Part shown: positions 38,854-48,256 of the stretch, one piece after another
How positions within the stretch are numbered: the stretch's first letter is position 1
Layout of the letters: each line of letters starts with the position of its first letter
Origin: an uncultured Rhodospirillales bacterium
Lineage (GTDB): Bacteria > Pseudomonadota > Alphaproteobacteria > Azospirillales > Azospirillaceae
DNA length: 64,000 nt
Direction of reading: 5' to 3'
NCBI GenBank assembly: GCA_903931735.1
Contig: CAIZDL010000192.1
Coordinates: 18,608-82,607 of the forward strand
Program-made: the position numbers and the translations under genes
The notes under the pieces: generated by a model
Seen by the model: only the letters and a program-made list of their open reading frames with translations
Told to the model about the DNA's origin: nothing
Databases searched by the model: none

Positions 38854-40141
38854 CCGCGCCGACCCGGTACTGGAGCGGCTTCGGCATCTCCATCCTAAAA
38901 TCATTGATCTTTCGCTTGGCCGAACCGTACGGCTACTGGCGGCGCTCGGACACCCCGAGCGCCGGCTGCCTCCGGTTGTTCATGTGGCTGGGACCAATGG
39001 CAAGGGCTCAACCCTGGCCTTTCTGCGCGCCTTTCTAGAGGCGGCAGGGTATCGGGTCCATGTTTACACCTCGCCTCATCTGGTGCGCTTTCATGAGCGC
39101 ATTCGGCTGGCCGGCACCCTGATTTCCGACGATCAACTAACGGCGCTCCTGGAAGAGTGCGAGGGTGCCAATAACGGCGAGCCGATCACCTATTTCGAGA
39201 TCACCACCGCCGCCGCCCTGCTCGCCTTTGCCCGCGAGCCAGCCGACGTGGTGTTGCTGGAAACCGGGCTGGGCGGCCGGCTCGATGCCACCAACGTGGT
39301 CGAGCGGCCGGCGGTGACCGCAATCACCCGAATTTCCTATGATCACTTATCCTACCTCGGCGATACGCTCACCGCCATCGCGGGGGAAAAGGCCGGAATC
39401 ATGAAGCCCGGCGTACCGGTGGTGCTGGCCCCCCAGCCGGCAGCCGAGGCCGCGCACACGCTTTTGCGCCACGCGACCAAAATTGGCGCGCCGCTGGTGC
39501 CTTGGGGCGTAAAGCGGCTGAAAAACGGCGGGTTCCGATTCGATGGCCGGGCACGCGCGCTTGATCTGCCAGCGCCGGCGCTGCTGGGCGGCCACCAAAT
39601 GATTAACGCCGGAACGGCGCTCGCCTGCCTCGACGCACTGGCCAAATCTTTGCCCGTTACCAATGAAGCGGTTTTACAAGGTTTAGCCACGGTAAACTGG
39701 CCGGGGCGCCTCCAACGCCTCACCCACGGCCCGCTCTCCCAATGCCTGCCGCCCGGCTGGGAGCTGTGGCTCGATGGAGGGCACAACGATTCGGCAGGCG
39801 AGGTGCTCGCCACCCAGGCCGCAACATGGGCCACCGAGCCGGCCGGATTGCCGCTCGCGATCGTGTTTGGAATGCTTGGCACCAAGGCGGCCGGAGACTT
39901 TTTGGCCCCCCTCGCCCGCTACGCCGAACACCTGCTCGCGGTGCCAATTCCGGGAGAGGCGGCGGCCCTTACCGCACATGAGGCCGCCAGCGCCGCCAGC
40001 GCCGCCGGTTTTAACTGCGCACACCCGGTCGACAGCCCCGAAGCCGCCCTCAAAATGCTAACCACCAACAGCCGCCCTCACCGGATATTGATCTGCGGCT
40101 CGCTCTATCTCTGCGGAAGCGTGCTCGCCCAAAATGGGTGA
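38828..40141 (+). CDS. folC: Bifunctional folylpolyglutamate synthase / dihydrofolate synthase
   Basis: P-loop [29 protein letters not shown]. The start is uncertain: I used the ATG at 38828, while the track ORF starts at 38783. Confidence 0.9.
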   Translation: MWENALLPDRADPVLERLRHLHPKIIDLSLGRTVRLLAALGHPERRLPPVVHVAGTNGKGSTLAFLRAFLEAAGYRVHVYTSPHLVRFHERIRLAGTLISDDQLTALLEECEGANNGEPITYFEITTAAALLAFAREPADVVLLETGLGGRLDATNVVERPAVTAITRISYDHLSYLGDTLTAIAGEKAGIMKPGVPVVLAPQPAAEAAHTLLRHATKIGAPLVPWGVKRLKNGGFRFDGRARALDLPAPALLGGHQMINAGTALACLDALAKSLPVTNEAVLQGLATVNWPGRLQRLTHGPLSQCLPPGWELWLDGGHNDSAGEVLATQAATWATEPAGLPLAIVFGMLGTKAAGDFLAPLARYAEHLLAVPIPGEAAALTAHEAASAASAAGFNCAHPVDSPEAALKMLTTNSRPHRILICGSLYLCGSVLAQNG

Positions 40142-40377
40142 CCGGCGCCCCCACCCGGATCGTGAGCCGCGCCCCTGATCCTATTGACGACCGCGCCCCA
40201 CTCCTTTAGGTTAACTTTTAGCTAACAACAGACGGATAACGATAATCCGCTCGACAATAACAAGGTTTGAGCATTTTACGGCGCGATATGACGGTGCCGT
40301 ACCCTGAAAAGTAATCACTCTCCCCCAAAATTTTCTTTCCACGATCGGCAGCAAATGCGAAATTTTTTGGAGTCTCT

Positions 40378-40803
40378 ATGCCCGGTTTGACATGGAATGA
40401 TAGCCTGAAGCTGTGGATCGAGGTCATCGACGCTGAGCATGAAACCTTGCTCGCCATGCTCAACCACACAACCGAGCCGGACGGTGCGCTGGTAACCGCG
40501 CGTGACGGCACCGAACTCATCGACCGACTGCTGCTGTTTGTCACAGATCACTTCCGCCACGAAGAAGAAGTGATGGTGAAAATCAATTATCCAGACTTTG
40601 AAAGCCATCGCCGCGCTCACATTAAACTGCGCGAGCAGGCGCGCTTTTTCAAAACCGTCCTCATAGAGGAGGGCGACCCGGCGCTCGCACGAATCGAACT
40701 TGCTGGCTTCCTCTCCGATTGGCTAGCCAACCATCTGGTCCAAGTCGACCTGCTAATGGCCCCCCATATCGCGCGCCATATCGCATTAAAGGGGCCGTTG
40801 TGA
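40378..40803 (+). CDS. Single-domain hemerythrin-like protein (141 aa)
   Basis: WNDSLKLWIEVIDAEHETLL, HFRHEEEVM, ESHRRAHIKL, WLANHLVQVDLLM. Confidence 0.85.
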   Translation: MPGLTWNDSLKLWIEVIDAEHETLLAMLNHTTEPDGALVTARDGTELIDRLLLFVTDHFRHEEEVMVKINYPDFESHRRAHIKLREQARFFKTVLIEEGDPALARIELAGFLSDWLANHLVQVDLLMAPHIARHIALKGPL

Positions 40804-40836
40804 TACCAGTCGGCGGCACCTAAGGCCCGAAGTGTC

Positions 40837-41574
40837 ATGCCTCATCGACCCACCGTCGTTTTATCCGGCGCCAGCCGGGGTATCGGTCACGCGACCGTCA
40901 AACGCTTCAGCGACAAGGGCTGGCGGGTGATTACCTGCTCGCGGGAGGAGGTCCCCGATCACTGCCGGCGCGACCCCAACTGGACCCATCACATTGTGGC
41001 CGACCTTGGCTGCGAAGAGAGCCGGGCCGCCTTCATCACCGCCGCCAATCATGTGCTGAATGGGCAACCCCTCGCGGCCCTGGTCAACAACGCCGGAGTC
41101 TCGCCCAAAACACCGTTCAAGGAGCGCCTCGGCTGCCTCAACGGCGACATTGCCGGCTGGCGCACGGTTTATGAGCTGAACTTGTTTGCCCCGCTGGTGC
41201 TGGCCCGGGGGTTTGCCGCCGCCCTTGCCAAAGCCAAAGGGGCGATTGTTAATATCACCTCGATCGCCGGTCATTCGGTACACCCGTTCGCCGGGTCGGC
41301 CTATAGCACCTCAAAGGCGGCACTCTCGTGCCTGACCCGGGAAATGGCGGTGGAGTTCGCCCAACTGGGGGTTCGGGTCAACGCGGTGGCGCCGGGCGAG
41401 ATCGAAACCACCATGCTTTCCCCCGAAACTGAGGTGCTCTTGCCCCGAATTCCGCTCAACCGGCTGGGCTCGCCCGAAGACGTTGCGGCGATCGTGTTTC
41501 GCCTCTGCACCCCCGAAATGTCCTACATTACCGGCTCGGAAATATTCGTTACCGGCGGCCAACACCTGCTCTGA
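40837..41574 (+). CDS. SDR-family oxidoreductase
   Basis: VVLSGASRGIGHA, NNAGV, and the catalytic YSTSKAAL. Confidence 0.85.
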   Translation: MPHRPTVVLSGASRGIGHATVKRFSDKGWRVITCSREEVPDHCRRDPNWTHHIVADLGCEESRAAFITAANHVLNGQPLAALVNNAGVSPKTPFKERLGCLNGDIAGWRTVYELNLFAPLVLARGFAAALAKAKGAIVNITSIAGHSVHPFAGSAYSTSKAALSCLTREMAVEFAQLGVRVNAVAPGEIETTMLSPETEVLLPRIPLNRLGSPEDVAAIVFRLCTPEMSYITGSEIFVTGGQHLL

Positions 41575-41660
41575 TCGATTAGAGGCGCAGCGAGGTTGAA
41601 TTCTGTCGGCGCCGGGTCTAACTACAGCAGGCCAAAAACATAGGATTGAGGAGCAAATCA

Positions 41661-42071
41661 ATGTCCCTGATGGAATGGACGGAGAGCATGAGCGTCGGCG
41701 TCACCCAGTTTGACGACGAGCATAAAAAACTGATCGTCCTCATCAACGACCTCTTCGACGCGGTTCAGGCCGGTCGGGGCCGCCAAGCGCTCGGCAGCGT
41801 GCTGGATGAACTCGTCGACTACACAAAAACTCATTTTTCGCATGAGGAACACAACCTCAAGAAATTCAACTATCCTGATTTTGCGGCGCACAAAAAAGAG
41901 CACGACGTTCTGACAAAGCAGGTCATTGACATTCAGCGGAAATACCATGGTGGCGCCACCGCCATGCTGAGCATGGAAGTGATGTCCTTCCTTAAAAGCT
42001 GGTTGATCAATCATATCCAGGGCACGGACTCGCGCTATACCGCCTTTCTCAACGAAAAGGGCTTGCGCTGA
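41661..42071 (+). CDS. Single-domain hemerythrin-like protein (136 aa)
   Basis: GAGGAG lies before the ATG at 41661. WTESMSVGVTQFDDEHKKLI, HFSHEEHNL, AAHKKEHDVL, WLINHIQGTDSRY. Confidence 0.9.
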   Translation: MSLMEWTESMSVGVTQFDDEHKKLIVLINDLFDAVQAGRGRQALGSVLDELVDYTKTHFSHEEHNLKKFNYPDFAAHKKEHDVLTKQVIDIQRKYHGGATAMLSMEVMSFLKSWLINHIQGTDSRYTAFLNEKGLR

Positions 42072-42222
42072 ACCGCAAATCTCATCCAGCCAGCGCGTCA
42101 TTGCCTCTGCCGCGGCAAGCTGCTAGGGTCGAGGCCGACTCGACCCCCAACACTACTCCCGATTCGAACCCCGGCTCGACCCCCGGCTTGAACTGGGGCT
42201 CAGGAAGAACACGGTATCCGTC

Positions 42223-42789
42223 ATGAAGGTGAACGCTAACACGATGCGCCCCGGCCACATTATGGAACACAATGGCAAGCTGTGGGTGGTCGCAAAAACT
42301 CAGATCGTGCAGCCCGGCAAGGGAGGTGCCTTCATCCAAATCGAGATGAAGGACGTTCGCAGCGGGACCAAGACCATTGAGCGTTTCCGGACGCAAGAAT
42401 CGGTCGAGCGCGCGCGTCTCGATGATCACGAGATGCAGTTCCTCTTTAACGAGGGCGATGACTACACCTTCATGGACGACCACACCTTTGAACAGATCGT
42501 CATCAAGCGCGAAGTCATTGGCGATCCTGCGGTTTTTTTGCAGGAGGGCATGAAGGTCACGGTGCAGAGCCACGAGGGCTCACCGCTCGGGGTCGAAATT
42601 CCCCAAACTGTAACTCTTGCGATTATCGAGGCCGACCCGGTGGTGAAGGGGCAAACCGCCTCGTCCTCCTATAAGCCGGCCAAGCTGGAAAACGGCGTTC
42701 GCGTCATGGTGCCGCCGCACATCGAGGCCGGCACCCGCATCGTCGTCGACACGGCCGAGGGTACTTATCTAGAACGAGCCAAGGACTAA
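42223..42789 (+). CDS. efp: Elongation factor P
   Basis: MKVNANTMRPGHIMEHNGKLWVV and the QPGKGGAFIQIEMK loop. 188 aa. Confidence 0.95.
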   Translation: MKVNANTMRPGHIMEHNGKLWVVAKTQIVQPGKGGAFIQIEMKDVRSGTKTIERFRTQESVERARLDDHEMQFLFNEGDDYTFMDDHTFEQIVIKREVIGDPAVFLQEGMKVTVQSHEGSPLGVEIPQTVTLAIIEADPVVKGQTASSSYKPAKLENGVRVMVPPHIEAGTRIVVDTAEGTYLERAKD

Positions 42790-42799
42790 ACACACTCAT

Positions 42800-43636
42800 A
42801 TGGCTCCCCGTTCCGCTACCATCAATGTCATGGTCCGCGCTGCCGAAAAGGCCGGACGACTGTTGATCCGTGACTTCGGCGAAGTCGAACAGCTTCAGGT
42901 TTCACGCAAGGGGCCGGCGGATTTCGTTTCCACCGCCGACCTCAAGGCTGAAAACGCGATTAAGGGCGAGCTTCAAAAGGCCCGGCCCGAATTTGGCTTC
43001 CTTATGGAGGAATCCGGCTTCTCGGAGGGCCGCGACAAGGGGAGCCGCTGGATCGTCGACCCGCTCGACGGCACCACCAACTTTCTCCACGGCCTGCCTC
43101 ACTGGGCGATTTCAATCGCGTTGGAGCGGGAGGGGGAAATCGTCTCCGCCGTGGTTTACGAGCCGGTGCGCAACGAGATGTTCTGGGCCGAAAAGGGCCA
43201 GGGCTGCTTTCTCAACGCCCAACGGCTGCGCGTTTCTGAGCGACGCCGGCTCGACGACTCGCTGGTGGCAACCGGCATTCCCTTTAAGGGCCGGGGTGAT
43301 CACCCAGCCTTTCTTCGGCAACAAACAGCGGTGATGGCCGAAGTTGCGGGCATCCGCCGATTCGGTTCCGCCGCGCTCGACCTCGCCTATGTTGCCGCCG
43401 GCCGCTATGAAGGGTTTTGGGAAAGTGGGCTGAGCCCGTGGGACATTGCGGCCGGCATTCTTCTCGTTTCCGAGGCCGGGGGCTTTGTCACCGAAATCGC
43501 CGGGGGACGCAACCCGCTCTATGGTCCGGATTTGCTGGCCGCCAACTCCCATCTGCACCGGCCGCTCTCTAAATTGCTGGTCGCGGCCAACCCGAAAAAG
43601 GCAACGGAAGCCCCCAGCGGAAGCCCTCAACGATAG
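42800..43636 (+). CDS. suhB: Inositol monophosphatase family protein (SuhB-like)
   Basis: FLMEESG, WIVDPLDGTTNF, WDIAAG. Confidence 0.9.
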   Translation: MAPRSATINVMVRAAEKAGRLLIRDFGEVEQLQVSRKGPADFVSTADLKAENAIKGELQKARPEFGFLMEESGFSEGRDKGSRWIVDPLDGTTNFLHGLPHWAISIALEREGEIVSAVVYEPVRNEMFWAEKGQGCFLNAQRLRVSERRRLDDSLVATGIPFKGRGDHPAFLRQQTAVMAEVAGIRRFGSAALDLAYVAAGRYEGFWESGLSPWDIAAGILLVSEAGGFVTEIAGGRNPLYGPDLLAANSHLHRPLSKLLVAANPKKATEAPSGSPQR

Positions 43637-43727
43637 CCTTCAGCGATAGATTGTCCCGAGACGGCGACTGAGGTATGACCGGGAGTGGAAAAAAGCCGCT
43701 CCCGGCATTTCCGCGCTGAGGACATTC

Positions 43728-44504
43728 ATGATAGTGGCTCCGCCCCCGGGCTTAACCTCCAGAAGAACCGCGTGGAGCGTGGCGCTCGCCTGCCTCGTGC
43801 TGACCGGTTGCGCCGAAGATATGCCCCCCTCCGGGCTGCCCCAGCCGGCTCCGGCACCGATGGTGACGCCCCAGTCGCCGCCGTCCTCCCCCGAGTTCAA
43901 CGCCCAGGTGGCAAAGCCGCTACCAGTCCCCGAGCCGCCCAGCTTGAGGCCGCTTGCCGCGCCCGCGGCGCCAGGACCGCTTACCCGCATGACGCCGCTG
44001 CCGCGCCCCGAGCCGCTGGTGCTGAGCGCAATGCCGGTGCTGGAGCCCAATGTTCCCGCCGCCCTCGCCAAACCAATCCCCCGGCCGACATCCCCGCCGC
44101 CCTCAATAACCGAGGCGCCAACGGCCACCCCCGAAAGCGCGGCGACGACACAAGAGAGCGCAGCGCCCGCCAGCGCCAGCGCCGAAGCCGGAGTCGGGGG
44201 TGGTTACCGGCTCCTGTTCGAACCGGGCGCCCGAGAGCTGCCGGCCGCGGCAACGGCGCTCCTTCATGAGGTGGCCGAGAGCATGGGCCGAGAGCCGCTG
44301 TTACGGCTGAAAATCGCGGCCTATGCCAGCGGCGACCCGGAAAACCCGGTGCCCGCCCGCCGCTTGTCCTTGCAGCGTGCCCTCAAGGTGCGCGAAGCTC
44401 TGGCCGGCGAGGGTATTGTCAGCCTGCGGGTCGACATTTTGGCGCTTGGTCTCAACGCCCCAGCCCCACCCAATGATCGCGTCGACCTTATCCCCGTTCG
44501 CTAG
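43728..44504 (+). CDS. Pro-rich lipoprotein with a C-terminal OmpA/MotB-like domain
   Basis: GAGGA lies before the ATG. Lipobox LVLTGC. The long linker is P/A-rich. The C-terminal part is LRLKIAAYASGDPENPVPARRLSLQRALKVREAL...RVDLIPV. Confidence 0.7.
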   Translation: MIVAPPPGLTSRRTAWSVALACLVLTGCAEDMPPSGLPQPAPAPMVTPQSPPSSPEFNAQVAKPLPVPEPPSLRPLAAPAAPGPLTRMTPLPRPEPLVLSAMPVLEPNVPAALAKPIPRPTSPPPSITEAPTATPESAATTQESAAPASASAEAGVGGGYRLLFEPGARELPAAATALLHEVAESMGREPLLRLKIAAYASGDPENPVPARRLSLQRALKVREALAGEGIVSLRVDILALGLNAPAPPNDRVDLIPVR

Positions 44505-44530
44505 CCACCCCAGCCTCCGGAACCCCTGTC

Positions 44531-45676
44531 ATGTCGCGGCCGCAACGCTACCTCAATCGGATGTTTTTGTTCCTGATCGCCGTCTGCGGCGTGGCCTTTT
44601 TGCTGTTTCCGGCGCTGGCCAACGCATTCGCGGTCAACGGGCCGCTCAATGGCCTGATTTTGGGGGTGTTAGCCTTTGGCATCCTCTACATTTTCCGGCA
44701 AGTCACGCGGCTGTTTCGCGAGGTTCGCTGGCTCGACGAATTCCGCAAGGCCAAGCCGGGGACGACGATGCGTTCGCCCGAACCGGTCCTGCTCTCTCCG
44801 CTGGCAAATATGCTGGCCGACCGCTCGCCCGACCACATCCGGCTTTCGGCCCAATCGATGCGCTCGGTGCTGGATGGCATTGGCGCCCGACTCGACGAGT
44901 CGCGGGAATTGTCGCGCTACCTGATCAATCTGCTGATCTTTCTCGGCCTGCTCGGAACCTTCTGGGGCTTGCTGAACACCATCCAATCGGTGGCTGGGGT
45001 TATTTCCACGCTTTCGGTCGAGGGCAACGACCTCGGCACTATGTTCGGCAACCTGCAAACCGGGCTCGCGGCGCCGCTTTCGGGCATGGGCACCGCATTT
45101 AGCGCCTCGCTGTTCGGCCTCGCCGGCTCGCTGGTCCTGGGCTTCCTCGAACTCCAGGCCAGCCAAGCCCAAAACCGGTTTTTCCAAGAGGTGGAAGACT
45201 GGCTCGCCGGAGCGACCCGGCTTTCCGCCGGAGTCGGGCTCGGCGACAGCGAGCAGTCGGTGCCGGCCTACCTTGAAGCGCTGCTGGAGCAAACGGCCGA
45301 AAACATCGACGCGCTCCAGCGCACCATGGGCCACTATGAAGAGGGCCGCCGCTCCACCAACTCCAATCTCGCGGCGCTAGCCGATCGGTTGAGCACGCTT
45401 ACCGACCAAATGCGCGCCGAACAAGCACTGCTGCTCTCGCTGGCCGAGAATATGGTCGGCTTCAAGCCCCTGCTGGCGCGGCTATCGGAAGGCGGCGGCA
45501 ATTTTGGCATGGATGACGGCTCGCGGCAGCACATTCGCAACATCGACGTTCACCTCGCCCGACTGGTCCAGGAATCCACCAGCGGCCGTGACAAAACGGT
45601 GCAAGAACTGCGCAGCGACATTAAACTAATCGCCCGAACCATCGCCGCACTTGGCGAGACCGGGGATTCGCGCTGA
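44531..45676 (+). CDS. MotA/TolQ/ExbB-family proton-channel protein with an extended C-terminal helical tail (381 aa)
   Basis: There are two N-terminal TM helices, then LINLLIFLGLLGTFWGLL and MGTAFSASLFGLAGSLVLGFLEL (the MotA/ExbB TM3-TM4 signature), followed by a ~170-aa helical tail. Confidence 0.75.
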   Translation: MSRPQRYLNRMFLFLIAVCGVAFLLFPALANAFAVNGPLNGLILGVLAFGILYIFRQVTRLFREVRWLDEFRKAKPGTTMRSPEPVLLSPLANMLADRSPDHIRLSAQSMRSVLDGIGARLDESRELSRYLINLLIFLGLLGTFWGLLNTIQSVAGVISTLSVEGNDLGTMFGNLQTGLAAPLSGMGTAFSASLFGLAGSLVLGFLELQASQAQNRFFQEVEDWLAGATRLSAGVGLGDSEQSVPAYLEALLEQTAENIDALQRTMGHYEEGRRSTNSNLAALADRLSTLTDQMRAEQALLLSLAENMVGFKPLLARLSEGGGNFGMDDGSRQHIRNIDVHLARLVQESTSGRDKTVQELRSDIKLIARTIAALGETGDSR

Positions 45677-45697
45677 TCGCGCCGGGAGGACCGATTT

Positions 45698-47188
45698 ATG
45701 TACGGCAAGGGCCGCCGCTCGGCGCGACACGAGTTGAACATTTGGCCTGGTTGGGTCGATGCCCTGTCATCACTCATTATGGTCATTATCTTTGTTTTGA
45801 TGATTTTCGTGGTGGCGCAATTTTATCTTGCCCACACCCTTGCCGGGCGGGATCAAGCCCTGGTCCGGCTCAATCAGAAAATTATCGAACTCAGCGATCT
45901 GCTAGGGGTGGAAAAGCGCACCGGCGCCGAGCGCGCGCAAACCATCACCCGCCTTTCGGACCAGATTCGCGACCATCTGACGGCGCGGGAAAAGCTGGCG
46001 GCCGAACTCGCCTCGTTGCGAGGGGAGCGCGAGCAACTGCTGGCCAAGGCCGCCACACTCACCCAGCGCGCCGACGCCTCCAGCGCCGATGCCAGCCGGG
46101 TTTCTCGCGATCTTGAGAGCGCCTACAAGACCATCGAGGCCGACCGCGAGAAAATCACCCTGCACCTGCGCGAGATCGCAGGGCTCCAGGCCGATATCAA
46201 AGCCCTCACCGAGACCAGAACCCGCCTCGAAGCCGAGGCCGCGGCGCTGACCCTGCTGACCCGCGACCTGGAAGGCAAGTCTCAGGGGCTAACCGCGCAA
46301 GTTCAAGCTGCCGCCGTCGACAACGCCCGCCAAACCGAGGCACTCAAGCTTTCTGCCGAACAGCGCAGGCTGCTGATGGAGGAACTGGGAACGCTTCGCG
46401 ACCAATCCAAAGCGCTAGAGGCCCGCGTCGTTAGCGAAACAGAACGCACCGCGCTCGCCCAGCGGGATATCGTCACCCGGGAGACCCATATCCGGGAACT
46501 GGAAGCCACTCTCGAGTCGGCCCGGGGTGACCTCGCGGGGGAGCGGCAACGGAGCACCGAGAGCACCAAAACCATCGAACAACTCGCGACGGAAATCGCC
46601 GCCGTGCGCGCCGACCTTGCGCGACTCGCAAGCGCCCTAAGCGCCGCCGAAACCCGCGAAGGCGACCAGAAGCTCCAAATCACCGACCTCACAGGCCGGT
46701 TAAACGCCGCCCTCACCAGCAAAGTCGAGGAACTGGCCCGCTACCGCTCGGAATTCTTCGGGCGTCTGCGCGAGGCCATCGGGGCCCGGCCCGACATTCG
46801 AATCGTTGGCGACCGATTCGTTTTCCAATCCGAAGTTTTGTTCCCCACCGGCTCGGCAACACTTCAAGAGGCGGGAAAAACTCAATTGGACCAGTTGGCT
46901 CGCACGTTACTGGATATTGCCCAAACGATTCCCCCCGATGTGAACTGGATTCTCCGGGTTGACGGCCATACCGATCCGCGTCGAATCGCCACGTCTCAGT
47001 TTCCTTCGAACTGGGAACTCTCTACCGCCCGCGCGATTTCTGTGGTTAAGTTCTTGATAGAACGGGGAATTCCATCGGAACGACTGGCTGCCACCGGCTT
47101 TGGCGAATTCCAGCCCCTTGACCCTGGCACCGGCGAAGACGCCCTTGCCCGCAACCGCCGCATTGAGATGAAACTGGACCAACGCTAA
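45698..47188 (+). CDS. MotB-like protein: TM helix with conserved Asp, ~270-aa coiled coil, OmpA-like peptidoglycan-binding domain (496 aa)
   Basis: WPGWVDALSSLIMVIIFVLMIF (plug/TM with Asp). Heptad-rich region 45.9-46.8 kb. C-terminal FQSEVLFPTGSATL...LRVDGHTDPRRI...NWELSTARAISVVKFL...NRRIEMKL. Confidence 0.8.
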   Translation: MYGKGRRSARHELNIWPGWVDALSSLIMVIIFVLMIFVVAQFYLAHTLAGRDQALVRLNQKIIELSDLLGVEKRTGAERAQTITRLSDQIRDHLTAREKLAAELASLRGEREQLLAKAATLTQRADASSADASRVSRDLESAYKTIEADREKITLHLREIAGLQADIKALTETRTRLEAEAAALTLLTRDLEGKSQGLTAQVQAAAVDNARQTEALKLSAEQRRLLMEELGTLRDQSKALEARVVSETERTALAQRDIVTRETHIRELEATLESARGDLAGERQRSTESTKTIEQLATEIAAVRADLARLASALSAAETREGDQKLQITDLTGRLNAALTSKVEELARYRSEFFGRLREAIGARPDIRIVGDRFVFQSEVLFPTGSATLQEAGKTQLDQLARTLLDIAQTIPPDVNWILRVDGHTDPRRIATSQFPSNWELSTARAISVVKFLIERGIPSERLAATGFGEFQPLDPGTGEDALARNRRIEMKLDQR

Positions 47189-47652
47189 GAGTTTGGGCGG
47201 GGCCGACGATACCGGAGCGCAGGGCTGGGGATAAAACTCAGGACTGGCGCAAAGATGTCACAAAGTAGCCCAACACCAAGCGATAGCGCCGAATTTCGAC
47301 GCCTTTCAGGCAATTGAGAGCCGCCATGCGCCCAAAAATTCAGCGTTTTTCCGCCAATACCACCTAAAAACCAGTGACGGAATGCTCGCCAAATCGATCA
47401 TCGCGCCTGTATACTCCGTCGCAGCGCACAAGGGGCTTCCCGAACGCGCCCGGTTTCGTTTAAACATCACGCGATCCGGGGGTTGGTGCAGGGTGATGGC
47501 GGCAGAGGATTTCCTCAGAGGCTTGCCGGCACCATCTCGGGCCCGGCGTTGTGCGATTGCCGATGGTTGCGGCAGGTCAATTCTTTTAACCCGCAGTGGT
47601 ACAGTCTCTGTTAGAGCCGTCAGTGCCGCTGCATCTTGGAGGCGTGAAAACT

Positions 47653-47874
47653 ATGAACAAGTTTGTGAAGTCGTTCGCTACCGTTGCTCTGCTCGCTGGC
47701 GTCAGCCTCGGCGCTGTCGCTTGCAATACCGTTGACGAGAAGGCCCGCGCCGACGCGGCCGCCGCTCTGAGCACCGCTCAGCAGGCTTCGGCCGCCGCTC
47801 AGCAGGCTGCTGCCGCTGCCCAGGCTGCTGCCGACAAGGTGGAGCGTCTCTACAACAAGCATATGCGCAAGTAA
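47653..47874 (+). CDS. Small Ala-rich coiled-coil lipoprotein ending in Arg-Lys (Braun-lipoprotein-like, 73 aa)
   Basis: GGAGG lies before the ATG at 47653. Signal plus lipobox MNKFVKSFATVALLAGVSLGAVAC. The ~50-aa mature helix is EKARADAAAALSTAQQASAAAQQAAAAAQAAADKVERLYNKHMRK. Confidence 0.7.
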   Translation: MNKFVKSFATVALLAGVSLGAVACNTVDEKARADAAAALSTAQQASAAAQQAAAAAQAAADKVERLYNKHMRK

Positions 47875-47886
47875 GAGACCGGCTTT

Positions 47887-47939
47887 GGGGATGCCCGGCT
47901 TCGCTCGCCCTTGCGAGGGGGTCGGGACCGGGTATCCCC
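47887..47939 (+). terminator. Compound stem-loop after the small lipoprotein gene
   Basis: GGGGATGCCCGG (47887..47898) pairs with CCGGGTATCCCC (47928..47939), with one G-U pair. It encloses an inner hairpin CTCGC-CCTT-GCGAG and is followed by GCCGTTCTTCC. Confidence 0.55.
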
Positions 47940-48256
47940 GCCGTTCTTCCGTGACCAAGACCCGAGTTAACCGAGGGTCCACACGCAACCAAGACACAGC
48001 ACCAGCCACAGCCAGAGCAATTCGCGGGATGCGGCGCGCAGGATGCAGTGATTGCGGCGGTTGATGATATCCCGCTGCCGGTGTTTATCGCCGACCCAAC
48101 TTTTCCAACACGTTAAGAGTCTCCCGGCCCTGCTGAGCGCCGGTCCCGATTCCTGCCGGGGCACTCTTCCAAACCCGCGATGCCAAACCCGCACGGGCAG
48201 CACGCCCTTCCCCAGAGAGAGCCGGCGGCCCCCCTGGGAAATGCGGTCCCAGTGGC

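Noticed and set aside
37747-38904. 385-aa minus-strand ORF
   Set aside because: It is antisense to accD (Zn ribbon and carboxyltransferase motifs on the plus strand). This is a high-GC shadow ORF.
43728-47188. Zorya antiphage system
   Set aside because: MotA/MotB-like genes are present, but the long coiled coil is on the B-type subunit rather than a ZorA tail. No ZorC/ZorD-like (or ZorE-like) gene follows; the next gene is a small lipoprotein. I kept it as an unexplained stator-like module, not a Zorya call.
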